This document shows, piece after piece, positions 1 through 9,531 of a DNA stretch of 64,000 bases. The translations under genes and the position numbers were made by a program. A model generated the notes under the pieces. That model ran no database searches and was not told where the DNA came from. It saw only the letters and a list, made by a program, of their open reading frames with translations. Origin of the DNA: an uncultured virus (IMG/VR IMGVR_UViG_3300047567_000019) (lineage: Duplodnaviria; Heunggongvirae; Uroviricota; Caudoviricetes); the IMG/VR virus record IMGVR_UViG_3300047567_000019; one strand, given 5' to 3'. How positions within the stretch are numbered: position 1 is the stretch's first letter; every line of letters starts with the position of its first letter.

Positions 1-1880
1 GCGGGTCGGCTTCTATGACCAACTCATCATGGATGTGCATGACAATGGAGCAGCAGCGTAGCGTCTTCATGGCGTAACAGAGGATGTCGCGGGAGGTTGC
101 CTGTACGATGTTTTCCACAAATTTCGGGCCGTAGGAATCAAGACGTTCCCATTTCTTTGTGGAACCGATGCCTTCATAGGTGATGCATTCGCCGCCGAAC
201 TTGTTCGTCCCGACCTTCGGCTTCACATAGGCAAGGTTCCTGCCGGAAGGAAGCGTAATAAAGAGCATCCCGGAGCGGCAGGAGAAGGTCAGACCGTGGC
301 TGTTGGTTGTGTGTTTATGCTTGACCGCTTCCATAACCGCGCGGTCAACATCCCACCAGAACTGGACGATACGGGGATTTGTCTGCCGCCAAGCGTCTAC
401 CAGCGGAGGAAGCTCGTCCTCTGAAAGCCCCATCTCGATGGCACCCATAGCTTTGAGTGCACCGACCGAGCCGCCATAGCCGAGCGCCAATTCAGCAATT
501 TTGCCTTTTTGACGCAGGTGGCCGTTGATGCCGTGCTTCACGACAGGAACATGGAACATCTGACTGGCGCTGGCGCAGTAAATGTCGCCGCCATCTTCAA
601 AGACCTTCTGCCGCCAGGTCTCACCCGCATACCAGGCGATGACTCTTGCCTCGATGGCACTGAAGTCGGAGACATAAAACTGACAGCCATCCTTCGGAAT
701 AAAAGCAGTACGGATCAGCTGCGAGAGCGTATCCGGCACATCCTCATAGAGCATTTTCACTGCATCAAAGTCACCGGATTTGACAAGTGCGCGGGCATCT
801 GCGAGATCTTCCAGATGATTCTGCGGAAGATTTTGTAATTGAATCAGTCTGCCTGCCCAGCGGCCTGTGCGGTTGGCTCCGTAAAAAGCAAAGCAGCCGT
901 GCGCTCTGCCGTCATCGCATGCGGCGCGTTCCATCGTCTGGTATTTCCGGACAGAGGATTTGGCAAGCTGCTGGCGAAGTGTGAGAACGGTCTGCAGCTC
1001 TGGAGAGGCAGTTTTTAAGAGCTCTGCCACGGCCTTTTTGCCGAGTGTGTCGGTTTCGAGTCCGTTCGCGGCGAGCCATTGCTTCATCTGCTGGACGCTG
1101 TTTGGATTATCAAGGGCAGTGAGTTTTTTCATTGCTGCGGTCAGCTCCGTCCGGGAGCGGGTATCCATTTCGATGGCCTTCTGCACCAGATCCATGTCGA
1201 GGCGTACACCGCGGTCGTTGATTTCCTGATCAATGTGGTATTCATCCCAGACAGATTCCGGCACCGGAAACTTGGAGAGCCTTGCCTTGATGCCCATTTC
1301 TGTTTCCACATCCCGGAGGTTATAGCATTTAAAGGTTTCCCATTTGTCCGGCGCATCTGCAGGAAGGTTCCGGGTGCGACCACCATTTGCTTTTGTTGGA
1401 GTGCAGGGCACTGAAAAATATTTGATGAGTTCCTTGCCCTCTGAGAGCTTCTGTTTCTCAAGGCCGAGGACAGTGCCGACGCCTTCCAGCGAAAGCGGCA
1501 GTCCCATTGTTGCGGCCCAGACCATAGAGCAGCGCCAGCTTTCCTGGATTCAGAAACCGGGCGCACTCTTTTGAGAGTGGGTGGTTATCATGGAACGGAT
1601 CAAGACTTATACCAATGTCTGAAAGATACCGGGACAGGCAGACCCGTTCAAAGTTTGCATTGAACGCCCACTTGGTGACGGAATCATCGGTCAGGGCATT
1701 AATCAGATCCTGCGGCAAATGCTCGCCCTGCGCGAGGTCAATAACATGGACTTCATTGCTGTCAAAGGAATAACCGAATAGCAGGATCTCAAAGCCGAGC
1801 GAGGAAGCATATTTATAAACGCCGCACTTTGCCAGATTTACGTCGCTGTAGGTTTCAATATCGATACTGAGTGTTTTCAT
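1..1880 (-). CDS. Phage family-A DNA polymerase (runs off left edge; indel near 1545)
   Basis: N-terminus MKTLSIDIETYSDVNLAKCGVYKY (3'-5' exonuclease); downstream frame homologous to 47844-49840 (DFSAIEARV, GKIAELALGYGG, HDE motifs). Confidence 0.9.
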
Positions 1881-1937
1881 GGATTTCACCTCAATTCAAA
1901 CAAGCGGCAGAGAATGCTCCCCGCCGCCTGTGCTGTG

Positions 1938-2108
1938 TTAGTTGTCAGAGTCCTTTTTGGCCTCTGCTTCCTTGTCTTTCTTAGCAAGACGCTTTTTCTC
2001 ATGCCTGTCTTCAATCCAAAACTTGATGGAGAGGAAAACACCGCCGATTAAATAGCCTACCGTTGCTCCAAAGCAGACCGAGAGCATCATTGACTGATAT
2101 GTTGTCAT
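1938..2108 (-). CDS. Small membrane protein, 56 aa (MTTYQSMMLSVCFGATVGYLIGGVFLSIKFWIEDRHEKK...)
   Basis: Translated by hand; GGAGG RBS upstream; one hydrophobic helix and a charged tail. Confidence 0.7.
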   Translation of the reverse strand: MTTYQSMMLSVCFGATVGYLIGGVFLSIKFWIEDRHEKKRLAKKDKEAEAKKDSDN

Positions 2109-2121
2109 AGTCGCGCCTCCC

Positions 2122-2694
2122 TTAATTCAAAAAGTCTTCATCGTCTTCAGTGACGAAGTCAGACTCAGCACTTGCCTTGCCGCCCAGAGGCTCTCCATCG
2201 CGGATTTTCTGCAGGTTATTGAGGCCGCAGGCGATTCCCTTGTTGCCAGAAGAGTTGAAAGCGTAAAATGTAATGCTGGCTCTGCCGTAGACACCGGAGT
2301 ACACTTCGGAACGGGTCAGGATTGGATTCAGGTCTACATCCACGATACCGGGAGCAGAGGTGGCATTGGCGTTTACAAAGTAGGCATTCTTGTAGGCTTC
2401 ATCGTCCGGGCGTTCCGCATCGCCATCGCGAAGCGGGGTTTTCAGTACAGAGAGCGCAGGGACAATCTTGCCGTTGCCCTTGAGCTTTGCTTCACCTTCT
2501 TTATAAGCGGCTTCAATGGCAGCATGAATCTTGGCTACCGTTTTGGTATCTGACTTCGGGATAATGAGGCTCACGCTGTACTTCGGTGTGCCGCCGTTGA
2601 TGGACTTCGGTTCCCAGACGTTTGAGTAGCTCCAACGGGTGTCGGTACCTGTGATAACCTTCATGGGATTGCTGATTTTCATATTCTTACTCAT
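2122..2694 (-). CDS. DUF2815 family protein (Gp2.5-like ssDNA-binding)
   Basis: PKYSVSLIIPK, LRDGD, GIACGLNNLQK motifs; acidic C-terminus EDDEDFLN. Confidence 0.9.
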   Translation of the reverse strand: MSKNMKISNPMKVITGTDTRWSYSNVWEPKSINGGTPKYSVSLIIPKSDTKTVAKIHAAIEAAYKEGEAKLKGNGKIVPALSVLKTPLRDGDAERPDDEAYKNAYFVNANATSAPGIVDVDLNPILTRSEVYSGVYGRASITFYAFNSSGNKGIACGLNNLQKIRDGEPLGGKASAESDFVTEDDEDFLN

Positions 2695-3826
2695 AATGTT
2701 TTTCCTCCATAAAATCATTTTTTGCTGTGTTCATGGCCGGGCGTTTATCGCTTTCCGGCGCAAGAGTGGGTTTTCCCTGCGGCTTTTCGATGTAAGCCGT
2801 CAGGAGTTCATCGAAGCGGGACTTTCCGAGGAGCTTCTGCATGGCAGTGACGCCGAGCAGCTTCTTTTCATACGGATCAAATCCTGCTTCCTCGACCGTC
2901 TGGATAACAGCGGCCTCGTTACTGTATTTACGGTTGGAGCGGCCTTCGACCAGCTTCCAGCCGTTCCATTCCTTCCCGGAGAGCGCCTGCTGCAGGGCAT
3001 ATTCCTTGATGTCAGATGCCCAGCTGATCAGCTCGTCCACCTTGTAAAGAATGACTTCGATTTCGGTGTCCGTCAGGAGCGGCGGGAGTTTGAAATCGTA
3101 CTGTGCCAGCTGCAGATTGGCTTCGGCTCTGGCGCGGCACTCGTTTCTTGCCTTACAAAAGCCGCACCATTCTCCGCAGAGAAAGTTACCGTCCCCGGCA
3201 AATGCAAGCTCTGCTGTGGGTTTCAGGACTTCGTCTGCCCAGCGGTACAGATTGTCCTTACTGATATCGAAGGTGCTGACATTTTGCCGTCTTGGCTGGT
3301 AGATGGTCATGCTGACCTGATCGATGTCGTAGATGTCATCAAAGAGTTCAAGAGCACCGAGGGCGTAGCACTTCATTTGCGGATTCTCTTCAGCGGAAAC
3401 AAGAACGCCGAGGCCGTATTTGAAATCAATAACCCGGAGCGTGCCATCTGCGATGACGACGCAGTCGGCGGTACCGAAGCCCTGTTCTACCCAGCGGGAG
3501 AAGTCAACTCGCTGCTCAATCAGGACAACCGGATCAGCGCAGGTCTTCTTTGCGGCCTCGACCTGCTCCAGCACGAATTCGGCATAGCCACTGGTGCAGT
3601 CGTCCATCTCTTCGGAATACCAGGAAAGTCCATCTGTCGGATCGTCTGCCGGGAGCCCCAGCACTTTCTTAAGCTTGAACTCCGCGAGTGCATGAGCATC
3701 AGTGCCTTCCGCTGCGTAGTCGCTTCCTTTATCCTCGTAGGTTTCGCAGAGCCGTGCCGATGGCGGACAGTGAATCCATCTGTCAGCGCCGGATGCGGAA
3801 AGGATCGCGTGCTGCTTACTTGCCAT
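2687..3826 (-). CDS. DUF2800 family Cas4-like PD-(D/E)XK nuclease
   Basis: HAILSAS..RW..CPPS, GFGTAD, IDFKYG, QMKCYALG, WCGFC motifs. Confidence 0.9.
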   Translation of the reverse strand: MASKQHAILSASGADRWIHCPPSARLCETYEDKGSDYAAEGTDAHALAEFKLKKVLGLPADDPTDGLSWYSEEMDDCTSGYAEFVLEQVEAAKKTCADPVVLIEQRVDFSRWVEQGFGTADCVVIADGTLRVIDFKYGLGVLVSAEENPQMKCYALGALELFDDIYDIDQVSMTIYQPRRQNVSTFDISKDNLYRWADEVLKPTAELAFAGDGNFLCGEWCGFCKARNECRARAEANLQLAQYDFKLPPLLTDTEIEVILYKVDELISWASDIKEYALQQALSGKEWNGWKLVEGRSNRKYSNEAAVIQTVEEAGFDPYEKKLLGVTAMQKLLGKSRFDELLTAYIEKPQGKPTLAPESDKRPAMNTAKNDFMEEKHYE

Positions 3827-4154
3827 TTCCGATTGCCTCCGAGTCCTTCATAAGGGCTTCATAGTTTGCCGGGTCGATAGCGGAGAGCTTTGTCGCTCCG
3901 TATTTCTGGAGCAGGTCACGCACCTCAGCAGTGTGTCCGGCGCGGGATTTCCCGGCGAGAACGGATCTTACGTTCTCCAGCTTTAATTCCGGCTTGGGTT
4001 CTTCTTTTGTAGCAGCAGATTTAGAAGTTTGCTGCTTATCAGAATTGTCTGTACCTGAGAACTGCTGGTAAAGCCAGTCGGCTGCGTCGTTAATAACGGC
4101 AGCAGCATTGTGGAGATCTTCGATTGTTTGTTCCATGTCTGCCATTTTGCTCAT
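3816..4154 (-). CDS. Conserved phage hypothetical protein
   Basis: LENVRSVLAGKSRAG...LLQKYGATKLS; paralogue at 51836-52158. Confidence 0.8.
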   Translation of the reverse strand: MSKMADMEQTIEDLHNAAAVINDAADWLYQQFSGTDNSDKQQTSKSAATKEEPKPELKLENVRSVLAGKSRAGHTAEVRDLLQKYGATKLSAIDPANYEALMKDSEAIGNGK

Positions 4155-4299
4155 AGGTTCTTTCTCCTTTCTCGGATTGTCTTGCTGTGGCGAGGACTTT
4201 AAGGTTTCTCGCCAGCCGGGCGGATACGCGGCTGATGGAGTTCAGAAGCTGAATCTCATCGCGGACGTTCCCGCCGGTGTCTGTGTAACTTGTTTGCAT
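4090..4299 (-). CDS. Small phage hypothetical protein
   Basis: YTDTGGNV..EI.LLNSIS.VSARLARNL conserved with 52093-52311; RBS present. Confidence 0.65.
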   Translation of the reverse strand: MQTSYTDTGGNVRDEIQLLNSISRVSARLARNLKVLATARQSEKGERTYEQNGRHGTNNRRSPQCCCRY

Positions 4300-4343
4300 C
4301 GTGTTTACCTCGCTTTCTGAAGGTCTTTTCTCTGTCCTTCAAC

Positions 4344-4376
4344 TTCCACTGGAGATGAGCAGGCAATTTGAGCGGA
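4344..4376 (-). promoter_or_regulatory. Motif A copy 1: TCCGCTCAAAT-N7-TCATCTCCAGTGGAA (minus strand)
   Basis: Identical bipartite motif at four intergenic sites, each upstream of a minus-strand operon. Confidence 0.75.
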
Positions 4377-4377
4377 G

Positions 4378-4431
4378 AAAAAAATAGAAAAATTCCGACC
4401 ACCATCCTGATGAGGGACAGTGGCCGGAAAG
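4378..4431 (-). terminator. Hairpin plus T-tract after the sigma-like gene
   Basis: Imperfect inverted repeat ttccgaccacc...agtggccggaa with an adjacent A-run on +; equivalent at ~52388-52434. Confidence 0.6.
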
Positions 4432-4441
4432 GGTTGTGGTT

Positions 4442-4954
4442 TTACTTGTTCTCGATCCTATGAAGCTCTGTGCAAACGCGCTTCATCTGGTCTGCAAAGG
4501 TGCGCTGCTTACGTCCGAGAGCCTCTGCAATCTTGCGATCAGAAATTTTTGGATTGTCGAGACGCATCTGGATGATACGGTCAGCATCAGGGTCAAGTTC
4601 GCGGAAACGAGCAATGAGATGTTCCAGAAGATCATGATCCGCGATAACGGCCTCAATGGAAGGCCGATCATCAGGAATATAATCCGCGAGGGTGCCTTCA
4701 CCGTCTGGAAGTGGATCATCGAGAGATACGGTGTCAGGAGCATGGTATTCACAGAGATCACATTGGCCGTCACACTTCCATAAATAATGTTTAGGGCACA
4801 TGCATCTGCCATGATACTGCTCGCGTTTCTGGGTCGCCCAGATTTCCGGGTAAAGGGAGCGGTATTGCTCCTCTGTGATGGGTACGAGAGTGACCTTGGA
4901 AGTGTTCTCCGGGTCACGAAGTGGATAGTAACGCTGTTTTTCATTGTTTTGCAT
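4442..4954 (-). CDS. Sigma-70 region-4-like phage transcriptional activator
   Basis: Cys cluster (CMCPK..WKCDGQCDLCEY), SLD motif, C-terminal HTH SDRKIAEALGRKQRTF. Confidence 0.75.
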   Translation of the reverse strand: MQNNEKQRYYPLRDPENTSKVTLVPITEEQYRSLYPEIWATQKREQYHGRCMCPKHYLWKCDGQCDLCEYHAPDTVSLDDPLPDGEGTLADYIPDDRPSIEAVIADHDLLEHLIARFRELDPDADRIIQMRLDNPKISDRKIAEALGRKQRTFADQMKRVCTELHRIENK

Positions 4955-5201
4955 TTTAAAACCTCCGATTGTCGATTTCTCGAACCGGAGGTCTCAAAAG
5001 GGCGCAGTTATCCTATAGAAAAAGAATGCAGTCCTTCGGATTACTCCGATTCGGATTGCAGCTTTCTTGCTCATCAGATAGCTGTGTTACATATTTACTT
5101 GTCTGCCGAATAACGTGAGCCATCGTTGATCGGACGATGCATTACACGACAGTAGCCTCATTCAAAACGCGAACTTGATATCCATATTTCGAACATAATA
5201 T

Positions 5202-5230
5202 TTGACTTTTGGCCTTCGGCGTGATATAAT
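5202..5230 (+). promoter_or_regulatory. Sigma70 promoter for cargo operon
   Basis: TTGACT-17 bp-TATAAT with extended -10 TG. Confidence 0.8.
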
Positions 5231-5383
5231 ATTTAAGGCCGTTTATTGCGTCCAAGGATATGCGGAACGCGCTTCCCTGAAGCTGTACTCAGTATATAAA
5301 ATGGGTACCTTCAATCTGGATCTCGTTTAGTTCAACGTGGTTCAGCGTGGTTCAAATCTTACGGAGAAAGGAGACGGATAGCA

Positions 5384-6496
5384 TTGTATTTCAAAACGCT
5401 TTTTTCAATCTTGAAGAAGCATATGGCCGACGGTGATGATGTGCCGTATTTTTTCCGTGAGATTATGGCTATGATTACAACCGTGACGGAGGAGGAATGG
5501 GGATCGAGTAAAGATCCTTCTGTCAAGACTAAGGACGAAACTCTCCGGAATTATGCAAAACGTGGTCTGTCTAAAAAACTTGCCCAGACGATTGTTTACA
5601 GGCTTACGCCAGAAATCCTTACAGAAAGAATCAACGAGAGAAATGAGACACAGCGGTCATTACTTGCAGATGATTTGAGGGGATATGATGCGACAGTAGA
5701 TGCCGATAATGTTGCGGATAAAGTCGCCGAATGGATGGTTGAGATTATTCAGACAACGGCTGGCCTTGTTCAACAGGACGCGCTTGAAAAACAGAAACAG
5801 CAACAGCTGGCTGCAGAGTTAAAAAATAAGTACGGAGAATACCTACTCACAGAATCGGCAGGTTTCTGTCCTAATTGTGGAAGAGAACTTACAGTATCAA
5901 ATAATGGGCAGACTCAGAAAGTCTATGAAGTCAGCCTTATAGATAAAAGTGCCGAAGCAACACCTGATAATCTTCTTGCCTTGTGCCCTATGTGTCATGC
6001 CACGTATTTGATAGATGATAATAAAAAGCTCTGCAAAGAGCTGCAAGACAAGAAAAGTGTTCTTACAACTCACAAGCAGAGCGTTAGATTACTGGACGAT
6101 CTTCCTCTTGAGAAAGGAATCACCGGTGTTATTACAAGGATAAAAAAGCTCAAGGAGAAGGATCTTGTTCAAGCAGCTCTTGATCCAAAAGAGCTGAATA
6201 AGAAGATTGATCCGGCACAGGATTTAGCACTGTACCTGTCGGTCAATAATTATGTGACTACATACTTCCTGAAAATTCATGAAATCATGATCAGCCTTGA
6301 TAAACGAAAGGTGATCGACTATGAAGAAGTTCAGGATCAGATGAAGGCTATCTACAGACGCTTGAAGAAAGCCAACAAGAGCAAGCTGGAAATCTTTACA
6401 GAGATATCCAATAAGATTCATAGGGTGACGCTTCAGGACGATATATTCTGTCAGATTGTGGTTTCATATTTCATTCAAAGCTGTGAGGTGTTCTAA
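5384..6496 (+). CDS. lmuA: Lamassu/ABC-three-component effector with HNH-like Zn domain and C-terminal CTD
   Basis: CPNC...NLLALCPMCH; C-terminal VVSYFIQSCEVF typical of ABC-3C CTDs; coupled to a small middle gene and an ATPase. Confidence 0.7.
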   Translation: MYFKTLFSILKKHMADGDDVPYFFREIMAMITTVTEEEWGSSKDPSVKTKDETLRNYAKRGLSKKLAQTIVYRLTPEILTERINERNETQRSLLADDLRGYDATVDADNVADKVAEWMVEIIQTTAGLVQQDALEKQKQQQLAAELKNKYGEYLLTESAGFCPNCGRELTVSNNGQTQKVYEVSLIDKSAEATPDNLLALCPMCHATYLIDDNKKLCKELQDKKSVLTTHKQSVRLLDDLPLEKGITGVITRIKKLKEKDLVQAALDPKELNKKIDPAQDLALYLSVNNYVTTYFLKIHEIMISLDKRKVIDYEEVQDQMKAIYRRLKKANKSKLEIFTEISNKIHRVTLQDDIFCQIVVSYFIQSCEVF

Positions 6497-6720
6497 TGCA
6501 ATTGCCAAATAAACTTTATTCATATGAGAACAGCACCTTGGCTTTGATTCCGAAGGTGCTGAAAGAACTACAGTACGGCTCGAAGGCAGTAAAGGATTTA
6601 TATGATGACGTTAAGCCATCACTTGATGATCCGACAGATTTCCTTTCCGCAATGGATTGCCTGTACGCGCTTCGAGCAGTTGATATTAACGAAGAGGGGG
6701 AAATATACAAATGCTTGTAG
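6496..6720 (+). CDS. lmuC: ABC-three-component middle component
   Basis: 74 aa, MQLPNKLYSY..S.L, L.AMDCLYAL; overlaps both neighbours. Confidence 0.7.
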   Translation: MQLPNKLYSYENSTLALIPKVLKELQYGSKAVKDLYDDVKPSLDDPTDFLSAMDCLYALRAVDINEEGEIYKCL

Positions 6721-8369
6721 AAATGATGTCTCCCGCATTTAAGGAAAAAGGAGAGGTTAGACCGCCGATAAGATTTAAGGACGGCCTGAATGTCGTCCTT
6801 GGAAAAGAAGACGGAACAAATTCCATCGGTAAATCATCAGCGTTACTTGCCATTGACTTTGTTTTTGGCGGGAATACGTATATTGCCAGTGATGGTGTAA
6901 AGCACATTGGTGACCATACCATCTTCTTTACGTTCAAATTTGAAGGAAAAGAATATTATTTCGCCAGAAATACTGCCTCTGCAGAGGAAGTTCAGGTTTG
7001 CACAAAAGGCTATGAACTTACGGGTGAAGTGAAAACAAGGCAGGAATTCGTAGACTGGCTTAAAGAAAAATACAATATGGATTTTCCGGGGTTGTCGTTC
7101 AGATCTACAATAAGCAGTTTCTTTAGGGTGTACGGCAAAGATAATACCAATGAAAGAAAGCCTCTCTATGGTATTCCCGGAGATGGAATGCAGAAATCCA
7201 TAGACAGGCTTGTAAAACTTTTTGACCGGTACAGGGATATTGAAGACTATACAAGCCGACTTGAAGAACAGAAGAAAAAACTTGCCGCCTACAGAGAAGC
7301 TCGTAAGTACCGCTTTGTGTCAGATCTTGTCGGCGGTAAAGATAAGTATGATGAGAATCTTGCAGAGATTCACTCCCTGCAGATTGAACTTGATACATTG
7401 ACTTCCGAGCATGTAGAGACACATTCGGAAGAAGATATAGAGAAAAATAAAATGAAGTCCGATTTGAAGGATAAAAAATTCAGATTGGAAGAAAGCATCG
7501 AGACAAAGAAACGTAGATTGAGTTTGCTGGACATGAGCCTCAGCTATGGATTATATCCTACGGAAGCTGATCTTTCTGGTCTACAGGAGTTTTTCCCGGA
7601 AGTAAACCTCAGAAAGCTTTACGAAGTAGAAGGATACCATAAGAAATTGGCGGCTATACTTGATGGACAGTTTGCTGCCGAACGTGAGAGCGTCCAGCGT
7701 GAAATTGAAAGTATTCAAGGTCAGGTGGACATAGTAAACGACCAGATCAGAGAACTTGGCATGGTCGGGAATCTGTCAAAGGAATTCCTTGACAGGCATT
7801 CTGAAATCAAAGGAAAGATAGATGCCCTGAAAACCCAGAATGAAGCGTACCTGACATTGACGGATCTTCAGGATGCGAAGAAAAAAGCAGACGATATGCT
7901 GAAGAATGCGATTGAGACGATTCTTTCAGATATTCAGCAGGCAATCAATGACAAGATGAAGGAGTATAACGATTCGTTATTCCCTGAACCTCATAAGCCG
8001 CCGCATCTGCATTTTAACGAGTACAACAGCTATCGATTCGAGACGCCCGACGATACAGGAACCGGATCAAATTACAAAGGCATGGTGATATTTGACCTTG
8101 CAGTGTTGAATCTGACAGCCCTGCCAGCTATAGCACATGACTCGCTAATTTTGAAAAACATCAGCGACGGTTCAATTGATGGCATTATGAAAATATATGC
8201 AAACAGCAAGAAACAGATTTTTATAGCTTTTGATAAACAAGATGCATATACAACGGAAACAAGAAAAATTGTATCAGACAATCAGGTTTTGAAATTATCA
8301 AATAACCATTGTGAGCTTTATGGTCAGTCATGGAATGTAGAGGAGGCTCAAAATGAAGACGAGTTATAA
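6711..8369 (+). CDS. lmuB: SMC-like ABC ATPase (DUF2326 family)
   Basis: Walker A GTNSIGKSS, long coiled coil, GTGSNYK signature region, Walker B AIAHDS. Confidence 0.8.
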   Translation: MLVEMMSPAFKEKGEVRPPIRFKDGLNVVLGKEDGTNSIGKSSALLAIDFVFGGNTYIASDGVKHIGDHTIFFTFKFEGKEYYFARNTASAEEVQVCTKGYELTGEVKTRQEFVDWLKEKYNMDFPGLSFRSTISSFFRVYGKDNTNERKPLYGIPGDGMQKSIDRLVKLFDRYRDIEDYTSRLEEQKKKLAAYREARKYRFVSDLVGGKDKYDENLAEIHSLQIELDTLTSEHVETHSEEDIEKNKMKSDLKDKKFRLEESIETKKRRLSLLDMSLSYGLYPTEADLSGLQEFFPEVNLRKLYEVEGYHKKLAAILDGQFAAERESVQREIESIQGQVDIVNDQIRELGMVGNLSKEFLDRHSEIKGKIDALKTQNEAYLTLTDLQDAKKKADDMLKNAIETILSDIQQAINDKMKEYNDSLFPEPHKPPHLHFNEYNSYRFETPDDTGTGSNYKGMVIFDLAVLNLTALPAIAHDSLILKNISDGSIDGIMKIYANSKKQIFIAFDKQDAYTTETRKIVSDNQVLKLSNNHCELYGQSWNVEEAQNEDEL

Positions 8370-8589
8370 AAAATTATGGAAGCTGTTAATAGACAGGGAT
8401 ATGACAAAGACTCAGCTGCGAGAAGCGGCTAAGATAAGTTCATCATCCCTTGCGAAACTTGGCAAGGATGAAAACGTTACTACGAGCGTTCTTGCTAAGA
8501 TTTGCGGAGTTTTGAATTGTGACGTCTCAGACATTATGGAGATGATTCCGGATGACAGTAATGAAAGCGAGGATAAAGAAAATGGTTGA
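8353..8589 (+). CDS. Cro/C1-type HTH regulator
   Basis: SYKKLWKLLIDRDM..LREAAKIS..LAKLGKDENV..L.KIC..L.C...DI. Confidence 0.9.
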   Translation: MKTSYKKLWKLLIDRDMTKTQLREAAKISSSSLAKLGKDENVTTSVLAKICGVLNCDVSDIMEMIPDDSNESEDKENG

Positions 8590-9217
8590 AAGGAATACCG
8601 CCAATATTGGCTTTGAAAAACAGATCTGGGATGCGGCCTGCGTGCTGTGGGGACATATACCGGCAGCAGAATACAGGAATGTAATAATCGGGCTTATCTT
8701 CCTGAAATATATTTCTACTGCATTTGATAAGAAATATCAGCAGCTTGTTGCAGAGGGTGACGGATTCGAGGATGATCCGGATGCATATCTGGAAGATAAC
8801 GTATTCTTCGTTCCGGAGGATGCCCGCTGGAATAAAATAGCCGCTGCCGCACATAAACCAGAAATCGGAACCGTTATCGATAATGCTATGCGTGCCATCG
8901 AGGCTGACAACAAGAAATTGAAAAATGTGCTTCCAAAGAATTATGCAAGTCCTGATCTCGATAAGAGAGTCCTCGGCGATGTCGTAGATCTCTTTACAAA
9001 CATGGACATGGGTGAAACCGAAGGCAATCGTGATGTACTTGGCAGAACCTACGAATACTGTATCGCTCAGTTTGCTGCTAAGGAAGGCAAAGGCGGTGGA
9101 GAATTCTATACACCTTCAAGCGTGCTGAACACACTTGTTGCGGTATTGAAGCCTTACTCCAACTGCCGTGTGTATGAAATTAAGACGCCGTATTTAATAC
9201 AATTTAAGGTTGCCTGA
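8582..9217 (+). pseudogene. hsdM: Type I RM methyltransferase subunit M, 3'-truncated
   Basis: IWDAACVLWG, GLIFLKYIS, LGRTYEY, GGEFYTP; homology stops at RVY-E where RVYDPxCGSGG is expected. Confidence 0.9.
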
Positions 9218-9221
9218 CCGT

Positions 9222-9276
9222 AAGGGTTTCGGTTTTGACTTAGGGGTTTCGTTTTAGGCCAGGGGTTTCGTTTTTG
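9222..9276 (+). repeat. Three direct repeats GGGTTTCG(G)TTTT at 19-20 bp spacing
   Basis: GGGTTTCG at 9224, 9244 and 9263. Confidence 0.85.
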
Positions 9277-9337
9277 AATGTATATGTGTCGGTCGAAGAT
9301 GAGACCGGCGCGTTTTGTATAAAGAAGAGGTACAGGT

Positions 9338-9526
9338 ATGCCGACAATAACAAAGAAGCAGCTGGCAGATTATGAGCAGCTGTGTAAAGATAGAAATAAC
9401 GGTCGGATTCTCACGCCGGATGGGCTTCGGTTTATCTGTGAGGCTTACGATTATGATGCCGAGAAAATAGGAAAACATTTTCTGGAGACTTTGCCGAGGA
9501 TACTTCAGAAGGAAAATGGAAGGTGA
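9338..9526 (+). CDS. Hypothetical protein, 62 aa
   Basis: GAGG RBS; stop lies next to the start of the following gene. Confidence 0.7.
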   Translation: MPTITKKQLADYEQLCKDRNNGRILTPDGLRFICEAYDYDAEKIGKHFLETLPRILQKENGR

Positions 9527-9531
9527 ACACC

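Larger units (their letters stand above)
1..9177. mobile_element. Prophage-like element 1 (partial): replication module plus defence cargo
   Basis: Gene order pol-small TM-DUF2815-DUF2800-hypotheticals-sigma-like matches 47844-52965. Left end lies outside the window; right limit taken at the hsdM break. Confidence 0.8.

Noticed and set aside
2687..3826. Cas4-like nuclease as a sign of CRISPR-Cas
   Set aside because: DUF2800 is a normal part of this phage replication module; no cas genes or repeat-spacer array were seen.
2639..3853. Long antisense ORFs (also 19841-20983, 55787-57373, 16423-17220)
   Set aside because: Shadows of recognisable genes on the opposite strand; no motifs of their own.
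5165..5200. CGAAC half-sites as a LexA box
   Set aside because: They do not form GAAC-N4-GTTC.
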